From: Syntrophales bacterium
Lineage (GTDB): Bacteria; Desulfobacterota; Syntrophia; Syntrophales; CG2-30-49-12
Reading direction: 5' to 3'
DNA length: 64,000 bases
Assembly: GCA_030018935.1 (NCBI GenBank)
Contig: JASEGZ010000001.1
Coordinates: 33,290 to 97,289, forward strand
Within the stretch, counting starts at the first letter, position 1. Every line of letters starts with the position of its first letter. The position numbers and the translations under genes are program-made. Of the stretch, positions 10,735 to 17,746 are shown one piece after another. Below the pieces are notes generated by a model. The model did not search any database and was not told where the DNA came from. It saw only the letters and a list, made by a program, of their open reading frames with translations.

Positions 10735-10865
10735 CATAACGTAAAGCTGAGTGGCTGGGCAACGATAACAGAAAAACTATGATAAAGATAAAAACTACCG
10801 GTTAAATACTGCCTCTCAAAAACCGGCACGGCTTTGCCCAGTCTATCTCCAGCGCCTGGTTGGGC
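10735..10865 (-). other. attC site
   Basis: CCATAAC gtaaagctgagtggctgggcaa ... ttgcccagtctatctccagcgcctg GTTGGGC, 131 nt. Ends 2 nt before the restriction enzyme stop codon. Confidence 0.65.
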
Positions 10866-10866
10866 C

Positions 10867-11622
10867 TTATTTCTTTCCTGAGTTGAATTGAATTACTTTT
10901 TCCCAATGAATTGCTCCGGTTGAATCGCAAAACATTTCCATAAATTCAAGGGAAAACTTATTGATAACCTTGCTGTCTTCTTCAAGAAATTGATCGTTTT
11001 TCTCTTTTGCTCGATGCCCAAGAGGTTCGATAATTTCAGTATATAAGTTGTCGTTGCCAGAAATAAAGGCCCAAAATCTTTGTCCACACAATTTCAGGTA
11101 TTCGCCTTTGTCGGGATTGTTGTCTTTGCCGTAACAACAACCATTGACTGCAATAACATTGAGAGATGAAGCAATGTTGGTTCCCAAAATACGCTTGGCC
11201 TTGCTAAAATTATCCTTCATTTTATTGATCTGGCTTGAGTTACCCCAGTTTGGCCCAGATTTAATGGAAACAATGTATTTAGCACTATCTTTTTCAAGCT
11301 CTAAGTCAATTCCTTCGGCAGAGGATTTGCTGCCATGATAAACATAGTTGCAAATATAAATTGCTAATCCTTCGAGAAAGCTACCGAATAATGTTTCTTC
11401 TTGTGAGGATAAATGAGCATCAAGAATCGTTTTTATAAAATCGCCAGCGGTAGTGATATGCTTGACCTTGAAAAGATAAGGATTTTTACGCTTGAGTACC
11501 GCTTTCAATTTGAGTTTCTTCAACTTTTCTATTCGGTTGTGATGAAACTCCGGTATCTTTCTCTCGACATACTCCGCTATTTTTTCTTTGGTTATTGGTT
11601 TTTCTTTGGTTATTGGTTTCAT
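10867..11622 (-). CDS. putative type II restriction endonuclease (TdeIII/Eco47II-like)
   Basis: ORF 10867-11706, likely start MKPITKEKPITKEKIAEYV at 11622. The motif EGIDLELEKDSAKYIVSIKSGPNWGNSSQ looks like a PD-(D/E)XK-type core, as I recall it from TdeIII/Eco47II-family enzymes. Adjacent to a methyltransferase. Confidence 0.55.
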   Translation of the reverse strand: MKPITKEKPITKEKIAEYVERKIPEFHHNRIEKLKKLKLKAVLKRKNPYLFKVKHITTAGDFIKTILDAHLSSQEETLFGSFLEGLAIYICNYVYHGSKSSAEGIDLELEKDSAKYIVSIKSGPNWGNSSQINKMKDNFSKAKRILGTNIASSLNVIAVNGCCYGKDNNPDKGEYLKLCGQRFWAFISGNDNLYTEIIEPLGHRAKEKNDQFLEEDSKVINKFSLEFMEMFCDSTGAIHWEKVIQFNSGKK

Positions 11623-12463
11623 ATTCAGCTTCGTCCTCGCATATTCTGTACTGATACTGGGCTGTCCTTTTTTGTGCAAGTTTGCAATATTCAGGAAGAA
11701 CATCAATGCCCACGGAGTTTCTGTTTAAGTTTTGGGCCACCTCTGCGGTAGTGCCGGAACCGGCAAAAGGGTCAAGTACCCAATCGTACTCTTTTGTGAA
11801 CAATTTAATAAACCATTCCGGTAGAGATTTTGGGAAAACTGCGCTGTGATTTTTGTTGTAACACTCGGTTGCAAAATGCAAAACATTTGTAGGATAAGCC
11901 ACGTCTCGACCTACCCAGTTTGAAATATTCTTGCCAAACCCGCTATTAACTTTTGATTCATCCCTGGTACGGTCAGTGTCGCTGAGTTTTTTTAAGCGAG
12001 TTTTTGCCCAATCACCCATAGTAACCATGACTTCTTCCTGGTACATATTGAACTTCTTGGATTTGTTAAATTGCAGACAACGTTCCCATGAGTCTCTAAA
12101 GCGGTTCGGCCATTTTCCAGGGAAACAATTCTTTTTATGCCATACAAACTCCTCTGTCCAAAGCCACCCCTGCTTACGTAAGGCTAATATTAACTCTATT
12201 ACGTATGTATGGCGTTCTCCATTGACCGCTTTTTCTTTTATGTTGAGAACAAAAGTGCCATCTATCTTTAGAACCCGAAGGAATTCTTTTGCTCGTGGCA
12301 AAAACCATTCAACATATTCATTTGGTTTGATGCCGCCGTATGTTTTACTTCTACTATCTGCATACGGTGGTGAAGTGATAATTAAATTAAAGAAATTATC
12401 TGGATACCGTTTAAGCACCTCTAAGCAGTCACCATTTTCTATTTTTGTTTTAATTTGTTCCAT
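11486..12463 (-). CDS. DNA methyltransferase, N4-C/N6-A beta class
   Basis: 325 aa with motif IV SPPY (IITSPPYADS) preceding motif I DPFAGSGTT, the beta-class order. The C-terminal ~45 aa overlap the REase gene out of frame and may be read-through. Confidence 0.85.
   Translation of the reverse strand: MEQIKTKIENGDCLEVLKRYPDNFFNLIITSPPYADSRSKTYGGIKPNEYVEWFLPRAKEFLRVLKIDGTFVLNIKEKAVNGERHTYVIELILALRKQGWLWTEEFVWHKKNCFPGKWPNRFRDSWERCLQFNKSKKFNMYQEEVMVTMGDWAKTRLKKLSDTDRTRDESKVNSGFGKNISNWVGRDVAYPTNVLHFATECYNKNHSAVFPKSLPEWFIKLFTKEYDWVLDPFAGSGTTAEVAQNLNRNSVGIDVLPEYCKLAQKRTAQYQYRICEDEAEYETNNQRKTNNQRKNSGVCREKDTGVSSQPNRKVEETQIESGTQA
11584..11619. repeat. perfect 18-bp tandem duplication in the MTase/REase overlap
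   Basis: ttctttggttattggttt x2. Encodes KPITKE-KPITKE in the REase frame and TNNQRK-TNNQRK in the MTase tail. Confidence 0.95.
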
Positions 12464-12565
12464 AATGTCTCCCTTTTCCGTTTCATGGAATGGGGTGATT
12501 ATAAACTATTATTGCAAGAATATCTTTATCTATTTTTTCCGGGCATGGAGCATAGTTTCAAGAAG

Positions 12566-12709
12566 CCCAATGCCGAGTTGAGCTGCAAAATTGCATGCAT
12601 AACGGATACGAAGTGGCTGGTTATGCAGGCAATTTTGTCAGCTCGAACGATTTGTTCACGCCGCTTGCGGCGGGGACAAATCGGAAGAGCGTAGCTCAAC
12701 TCGGCATTC
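12566..12709. repeat. ORF-less nested palindromes (possible empty or decayed cassettes, attC-like)
   Basis: Outer arms are aatgccgagttgagctgc (12568) and gtagctcaactcggcatt (12692). The inner mini-palindrome is GCATAAC...GTTATGC (12597-12626). GTTCACGccgcttgcggcgg (12654) pairs with ccgccgcaggcgacGTGAAC (to 12732). Confidence 0.4.
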
Positions 12710-12725
12710 ACGCCGCCGCAGGCGA

Positions 12726-12789
12726 CGTGAACAAAAAGCTAAGCGGGATGCCGGCTTTATGGCCGATCCGCTTCAGCGACTGGTTACAT
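12726..12789 (-). other. attC site
   Basis: CGTGAAC aaaaagctaagcgggatg ccggctttatggc cgatccgcttcagcgactg GTTACAT, 64 nt. Ends 6 nt before the DUF2971 stop codon. Confidence 0.65.
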
Positions 12790-12794
12790 GGCCT

Positions 12795-13691
12795 TTACTT
12801 TAGCCGCTCAAACTCAATCTTGTAGGCTCTCTGCCCGTCAACCGCTTTCCATATTTCCATATTGGGTAGACTCTGACCCGCCAATTCCATTATTTCCTCT
12901 TCGTCCTTGCGAGACATACGGCAGCCGAGATATATAGCTCCGAATACCTCCGAAGGCTCCCTGAAATCGATGGCGCCGCCCAGAGGATGCGTTTCATCGG
13001 TTATTGACACCCTCCACTCATTCTCGTAACGCCAGTCCTCACCTTTTACTAAAAGAAGGTCGCCCTCGCGTCTTCCCATATCTATTCGATTTATGCACAG
13101 TGCATGATCTACCCACTCCTCTTCGGCCACGAGTACTGGGTACTCTCTGGAATACCTCACTTTCTTCGCTGCCAAAAGAGGGACATCGAGTTTATCGATT
13201 GCATTGAGCTTGAAGACGGCTCCGGTGTGTGATCCTGTGTAGTGCGACCACATCAACAGATTGTCGTTCTCTTCTGCTAAACACAACACTCTCGTCTGAA
13301 AACGTGCACGCCTTGTCTCTTCATTGAACTCCGCAAGGGCGCGCTGGCCTGCCTGAATAATCTGTTGTCTGATCGTCTCAGCATTTCGCCGGAATGCTTC
13401 TCGCGGTATTACATCTTTATTTTTTTTGAACAGAACCAGAATGGTGCCAAAAGGGTGCGTCTCATCATATTGAATATCATCTCGTTCCCAGATGTACGTC
13501 TCGAATCGTTTTACGAGCAGTTCAAAAATGGCTTCAATGCGAGACTCCTCAAAGAATGCAAATCTGTGGTCGAACGGATCATTGAAATCGACGGGGCAAG
13601 ACCATCTCAGTGTGTGATTCTGGATTATCGACTTGGCAATTTTATTTGTCACATACTTAAAGAAGCAATCTCTATCGTGGTATCTCGGCAT
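12795..13691 (-). CDS. DUF2971-like protein (cassette ORF)
   Basis: 298 aa. The N-terminal pattern FFKYVTNKIAKSIIQNHTLRWSCPVDFNDPFD matches my recollection of the DUF2971 signature (...fs.p..fNDPfE). Confidence 0.55.
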   Translation of the reverse strand: MPRYHDRDCFFKYVTNKIAKSIIQNHTLRWSCPVDFNDPFDHRFAFFEESRIEAIFELLVKRFETYIWERDDIQYDETHPFGTILVLFKKNKDVIPREAFRRNAETIRQQIIQAGQRALAEFNEETRRARFQTRVLCLAEENDNLLMWSHYTGSHTGAVFKLNAIDKLDVPLLAAKKVRYSREYPVLVAEEEWVDHALCINRIDMGRREGDLLLVKGEDWRYENEWRVSITDETHPLGGAIDFREPSEVFGAIYLGCRMSRKDEEEIMELAGQSLPNMEIWKAVDGQRAYKIEFERLK

Positions 13692-13703
13692 TATCTTTCT
13701 ATC

Positions 13704-13835
13704 ATGTAACGACAGAATTGAGGGGGCGGGAAGCGCATACTGAAGATAGAACTATAGAGCCCCTATTTTGCGCTTACCGATGGCGGCGAAAAAAGCCGTA
13801 GCCTTTCCCGCTCCCTCTCGAATGATTTGTTCGGT
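13704..13835 (-). other. attC site
   Basis: ATGTAAC gacagaattgagggggcgggaag ... ctttcccgctccctctcgaatgattt GTTCGGT, 132 nt. Confidence 0.65.
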
Positions 13836-13843
13836 GCTATATT

Positions 13844-14251
13844 TCAGAATTGAACTTTATATGATCTTCCATCGTTAGTTCTGGCTTCACCAAAGCCATG
13901 CCCCGTCCATTCACTGTAAGCAACAATTATTTCCATCATCAAAGTTGATGTTTTACTTTTAAGCAATGCATAAGCTTGGCTTTTACCTCCAGACGATATA
14001 CCGTAACCAAAACCTGTCGCAGTTGCGGCACCAGAAAAAGCTGTAGCTGTGCCAAAAGAAAAGGAAGCATTACTTACAGCACTATACTTTCCTTTCAAAA
14101 CTTCGCCGTCAGGCATTACTACTGTTACAATCCGATTTAGTTCATTGTAATTGCCTTGTAATACCTGACCAGTTTGGAAATGCGTTATTTCAATTTTATG
14201 CACACACCCGGCTATTATAAAACTAAGCACAATCAATAAAAATCTTTTCAT
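13844..14251 (-). CDS. lipoprotein of unknown function (cassette ORF)
   Basis: ORF track starts at 14368. The likely start is MKRFLLIVLSFIIAGC at 14251 (signal peptide plus lipobox IAGC). The middle is Gly/Ala/Ser-rich. Confidence 0.6.
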   Translation of the reverse strand: MKRFLLIVLSFIIAGCVHKIEITHFQTGQVLQGNYNELNRIVTVVMPDGEVLKGKYSAVSNASFSFGTATAFSGAATATGFGYGISSGGKSQAYALLKSKTSTLMMEIIVAYSEWTGHGFGEARTNDGRSYKVQF

Positions 14252-14265
14252 TTTTCTTTTCTTAT

Positions 14266-14427
14266 TATAACACTGAACATTGAAGTCAGGGGGCAGCCAG
14301 GCCTGCCATTGACCTTTGCTACCGAACGTTCCACGCAATGTTCCGGATGGTATGCGTATGCGCGGCAACCTCTGCCAAAACCGCTGTGCCCCTGATCATA
14401 CACGTGCACTCTACTATTAGGTTCTTT
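14266..14427 (-). other. degenerate attC-like spacer
   Basis: Arms gtcagggggcag (14285) and ctgtgcccctgat (14384) pair, but the terminal boxes are poor (TATAAC / GTTCTTT). The two flanking genes may form one cassette. Confidence 0.3.
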
Positions 14428-14894
14428 CATTTGCCTAAACGAAGATACTTCTGGAACTTCTCTTTTGCTGGCTCAAACTGAGCGACGAGCCAGGTAAGCT
14501 CCTTATGCTTTTCCGATACAATCTTGTTGTGATCGTAGCCTTCCGGATGTACTTGTGTAATGTCGCGATACTCGTCATTCCATCGTCCAAGATTACAGCT
14601 GTGTGTATAGATTTCGTCGATATATTCCCTGATTTCGGGTCCAAAAAGAAAATCCGCTTCAGATACAGACGTGCGAAACTCAAGAAGATCGCTTAGGCTT
14701 GCCTTAGCATCACGCGCGATGATGCGTAAAATTTTTTGAACTTCCTCGTATATGCGAAGTCTTCTCTCATATAGATCGAGCTCAAGCTTTTGCCGGTTGG
14801 TTCGCCACTGTTGCCAGGCAATATACGTCGCAACTGCTGCGATCACAGGCGTCAGCAGGCCCTTTGAAATTTCAATTATCTGTTCTATGCACAT
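14427..14894 (-). CDS. single-pass membrane protein, unknown function (cassette ORF)
   Basis: 155 aa with an N-terminal TM helix (LLTPVIAAVATYIAWQQW) followed by a helical domain. Starts 7 nt after attC 14901-14958. Confidence 0.6.
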   Translation of the reverse strand: MCIEQIIEISKGLLTPVIAAVATYIAWQQWRTNRQKLELDLYERRLRIYEEVQKILRIIARDAKASLSDLLEFRTSVSEADFLFGPEIREYIDEIYTHSCNLGRWNDEYRDITQVHPEGYDHNKIVSEKHKELTWLVAQFEPAKEKFQKYLRLGK

Positions 14895-14900
14895 TTTGAA

Positions 14901-14958
14901 ACCGAACGACTGAAATCAGCGGTGGCTGTAAGCCATCCGCTGGAGTGACTTGTTAGGC
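14901..14958 (-). other. attC site (58 nt)
   Basis: ACCGAAC gactgaaatcagcggtggc tgtaa gccatccgctggagtgactt GTTAGGC. Confidence 0.7.
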
Positions 14959-15012
14959 GCTGATTATCTTCTGCCCTTTTCATAAAATCAATAATCAAGT
15001 CTGCCCCCCATC

Positions 15013-15564
15013 CTACCTACTTTCTTCGGAAACTTTTCCTCTCCTACTCTCTAATTCCTCCAAGACTGATTTGATAATTTCGGTAGAATTTTTTTCATCT
15101 AATGATCGGTACTCTTCTACCTTGCGTTTGAAAGCCTCTGTCAATTCACGAGCCCACTCTTCGGGTACATTTTCGCTCTTACATATTACCTTAATATCCT
15201 CCAAAAGCCTTTTGAATACTTCGTTCTCAAGTATTCCCTTACTTTTAAACATTATGTCTTTTCCAATTGCATAAGAAACAAGCATATATTTGGCCAACCT
15301 GTTAATCTCTTCGTTCTTGATTTTCAATATCGCTTCTAATGACTTTCTTCTCATGGCTTCATCTGAATGTTTTTTATATTTACCCATTGCGGCCCATATA
15401 AGGAGGATAGACCACACGATTGGCTTCAAAACCCAAATCCACCCGTAATCGACAAAGGGTCGCTCCGGGGGCATGCCAAAAATAGCATCCAATAAGATCG
15501 TGATAGAAAAACAGGCAATGAACCATGCAGCGAACCCCGCAAATTTATCGCTTATGTCTTCCAC
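15013..15564 (-). CDS. two-TM membrane protein with helical C-terminal domain, unknown function (cassette ORF)
   Basis: 183 aa with two hydrophobic helices (FAAWFIACFSITILLDAIF, LKPIVWSILLIWAAM) followed by a charged, coiled-coil-like region. Confidence 0.6.
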   Translation of the reverse strand: MEDISDKFAGFAAWFIACFSITILLDAIFGMPPERPFVDYGWIWVLKPIVWSILLIWAAMGKYKKHSDEAMRRKSLEAILKIKNEEINRLAKYMLVSYAIGKDIMFKSKGILENEVFKRLLEDIKVICKSENVPEEWARELTEAFKRKVEEYRSLDEKNSTEIIKSVLEELESRRGKVSEESR

Positions 15565-15617
15565 GTTATCTCTCTCCTTTTTGAAGCTCTGATTTGCTTT
15601 TTTGCGACAGGGTAATG

Positions 15618-15703
15618 GCCTAACGTAGAATTAAGCCGCCGGGCCGCTACCATGCTATGAACCACAAAGGGAATCCCCGGTCGGCTTGAATGACTGGTTA
15701 GAT
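15618..15703 (-). other. attC site
   Basis: GCCTAAC gtagaattaagccgccggg ... cccggtcggcttgaatgactg GTTAGAT. On the cassette strand the toxin stop codon TAA lies inside ATCTAAC, and the other box reads GTTAGGC. Confidence 0.75.
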
Positions 15704-16003
15704 GCTATCTATTCTCTTTTTTGTTAAGTTTGGACTTCTTTTGCCATGGATTACAGCTAAGACAGTTATTCTTTCTTCTTCAAGCAGATAGATTATTTTG
15801 TATGGAAACCTCTTGATGAGGTATTTTCTTGTTTCTTTATACTCTGCTGGACAAATCTTCGGATTTCTTTCTATGAATCTCAGCCCAGCATCAACCTGCA
15901 AAAGAAAGTCGTAGCCCAATCCTTGCCTTTTGTCTTCATACCAAGAGAAAGCTTCCTTCAGGTCATTTTCAGCCTCAAGCCTGATGATAACTCTATATCT
16001 CAT
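15698..16003 (-). CDS. RelE/ParE-family toxin
   Basis: Likely start MRYRVIIRLEAENDLKEAFSWY at 16003, a 4-nt ATGA overlap with the antitoxin stop. The ~100-aa size and the ...RFPYKIIYLLEEERITVLAVIHGKR ending are typical of ParE/RelE. Confidence 0.8.
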   Translation of the reverse strand: MRYRVIIRLEAENDLKEAFSWYEDKRQGLGYDFLLQVDAGLRFIERNPKICPAEYKETRKYLIKRFPYKIIYLLEEERITVLAVIHGKRSPNLTKKRIDSI

Positions 16004-16221
16004 TTTTTGCTCACTATTCTCTTGAAAACATCCTCCCACGGAGAACCTAAATCAGGATTCTGATGATACGCCTCTAATCTTTCATCGATTATCTTCTTTT
16101 CTTCTTCAGTTAATTCGACCGAGCCAGCTTCTACAGCTATCGTATCCCAAATGTCCTCTACCAGTTGAATTCTCTCTGGGATTGATAAATCAAGAGTATC
16201 AGTTACAGCAAGCGTTTTCAT
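16000..16221 (-). CDS. putative addiction-module antitoxin
   Basis: The track begins at TTG 16257. ATG at 16221 (MKTLAVTDTLDLSIPERIQLVEDIWDTI) follows AGGAGG. The pattern resembles the small 'addiction module component' family that pairs with ParE toxins. Confidence 0.7.
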   Translation of the reverse strand: MKTLAVTDTLDLSIPERIQLVEDIWDTIAVEAGSVELTEEEKKIIDERLEAYHQNPDLGSPWEDVFKRIVSKK

Positions 16222-16435
16222 AATCCATATCCTCCTTTTTTCTTTTTCATCTAACAATTAATATACGTAATGTCTTACATACTGCCCGATAGTCGTCATA
16301 TTTAAAAGAATGCAGCAAATTTAGACTGGTTTATCTGAAAAGTCAAAGAAATTTCTTTAAAATTTACCGATAATATGTTTATTATCACCCAATAAGTAAT
16401 CGGTATATTATCGACCCTTTAACAGGGAGCTGTTT
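16222..16435. promoter_or_regulatory. attI / divergent promoter region of the integron
   Basis: AT-rich 214 nt between the first cassette and intI. The minus-strand GTTAGAT core (plus ATCTAAC 16249-16255) sits at the first cassette junction. Inverted repeat ccgataatat / atattatcga at about 16365-16415. Confidence 0.45.
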
Positions 16436-17746
16436 GTGAAAGAAATTTTGCCTGATTTCCAAAAGTATCTTGTTGAACATAAGCTCGTACCAGAGGGGCA
16501 TGTTTCCTTTTATGCCTTGTGGACGAGCAAATTCCTTTTCTTTTCCAACAAGCATCAGGATAAATCAATAGTGCTTAGAAAGAGGCTTTTTCTTGATTCC
16601 CTGATGAAAGAGCAAAAGTTACAGGACTGGCAGGTGCATCAGGTGGAAAACGCCATCGGGCTTTATCTGAATCATTTTCTGTCCGGCGATGTTTCGTTAT
16701 TGTCACTAAATGCTGAACCCGTTTTTCAGAACAGGTTTCCGGATTATCAGGAAATGCGGGAGACGCTCCGGGAGGCGATAAGAATCAAACATTATGCCTA
16801 CAGTACTGAACGTACCTACATAGATTGGTTCCAGAGGTTTTATGCTTATGTTACCGCTATAAAAGGCAAAGATTGGCAAAAGGGTGGTGCTGATGAGACG
16901 GATGTCAGAGATTTCCTGAGTCACCTGGCCGTCAGGCAGAGGGTGTCATCATCTACTCAGAATCAGGCATTCAATGCTCTGCTTTTTCTCTTTCGGGAAG
17001 TACTCAAGATTAACCTCCAGGACCTCAGTAAAACAGTGCGGGCCAAAAGAGGGTCAAAGATCCCTGTCGTATTGACACAGGATGAAGTCAAACGGCTGCT
17101 TAACGAGATAGGGGGCAGAAATTTGCTCATCATCCAGATTCTGTATGGCACGGGCATGAGGCTCATGGAACTTGCCCGGTTACGTGTTCAGGATATCGAT
17201 TTCGGTCTGAATTCGATTATTGTCAGAGCAGACAAGGGGGACAAAGACAGGATGACCATCATGCCTGAATTCGTAAAAGAAAGCCTGAAAGAACATCTTT
17301 CCAGGGTAAGGAAATTTCATGAAAAAGACTTGGAAATGAAACATGGCGAGGTATATCTGCCGGAAGGTCTTGACCGCAAGTATCCGAATGCAGGCAAGGA
17401 ATGGGGATGGCAATATGCTTTTCCTTCGGCTACGCTTTCCGTCGATCCACGGACGGGGAAGGTGCGCCGCCACCATATAAGCCCCAGTTCCATACAAAAG
17501 ATAGTGGCGGCGGCGGTGAAAAAAGCGGGGATTGCCAAACATGCCAGTGTTCATACGCTGCGCCACAGTTTTGCCACACATTTGTTGATGAACGGTGTAA
17601 ACATCCGCGAGGTTCAGGAATTGCTCGGCCACAAGAACATTGAGACTACAATGATTTATACCCATGTTCTCAGGAATATGTCGAAAGCGCCGGAAAGTCC
17701 GCTGGACATACTCCTGCGGCAAGAGAAGGGGCATCCATCGCCATGA
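16436..17746 (+). CDS. intI: integron integrase
   Basis: 436 aa, GTG start after GGGAG. Tyrosine recombinase boxes (HTLRHSFATHLL, LLGHKNIETTMIYTHV) are present, plus the IntI-specific insertion GLDRKYPNAGKEWGWQYAFPSATLSVDPRTGKVRRHH (IntI1: [37 protein letters not shown]). About 100-aa N-terminal extension relative to IntI1. Confidence 0.9.
   Translation: MKEILPDFQKYLVEHKLVPEGHVSFYALWTSKFLFFSNKHQDKSIVLRKRLFLDSLMKEQKLQDWQVHQVENAIGLYLNHFLSGDVSLLSLNAEPVFQNRFPDYQEMRETLREAIRIKHYAYSTERTYIDWFQRFYAYVTAIKGKDWQKGGADETDVRDFLSHLAVRQRVSSSTQNQAFNALLFLFREVLKINLQDLSKTVRAKRGSKIPVVLTQDEVKRLLNEIGGRNLLIIQILYGTGMRLMELARLRVQDIDFGLNSIIVRADKGDKDRMTIMPEFVKESLKEHLSRVRKFHEKDLEMKHGEVYLPEGLDRKYPNAGKEWGWQYAFPSATLSVDPRTGKVRRHHISPSSIQKIVAAAVKKAGIAKHASVHTLRHSFATHLLMNGVNIREVQELLGHKNIETTMIYTHVLRNMSKAPESPLDILLRQEKGHPSP

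Larger units (their letters stand above)
9052..17746. mobile_element. chromosomal integron (intI + attI + cassette array on the minus strand)
   Basis: IntI-type integrase at 16436-17746 (+). Every ORF to its left is on the opposite strand, and the ORFs are separated by RYYYAAC...GTTRRRY-bounded imperfect palindromes. See the individual attC entries. Confidence 0.85.
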
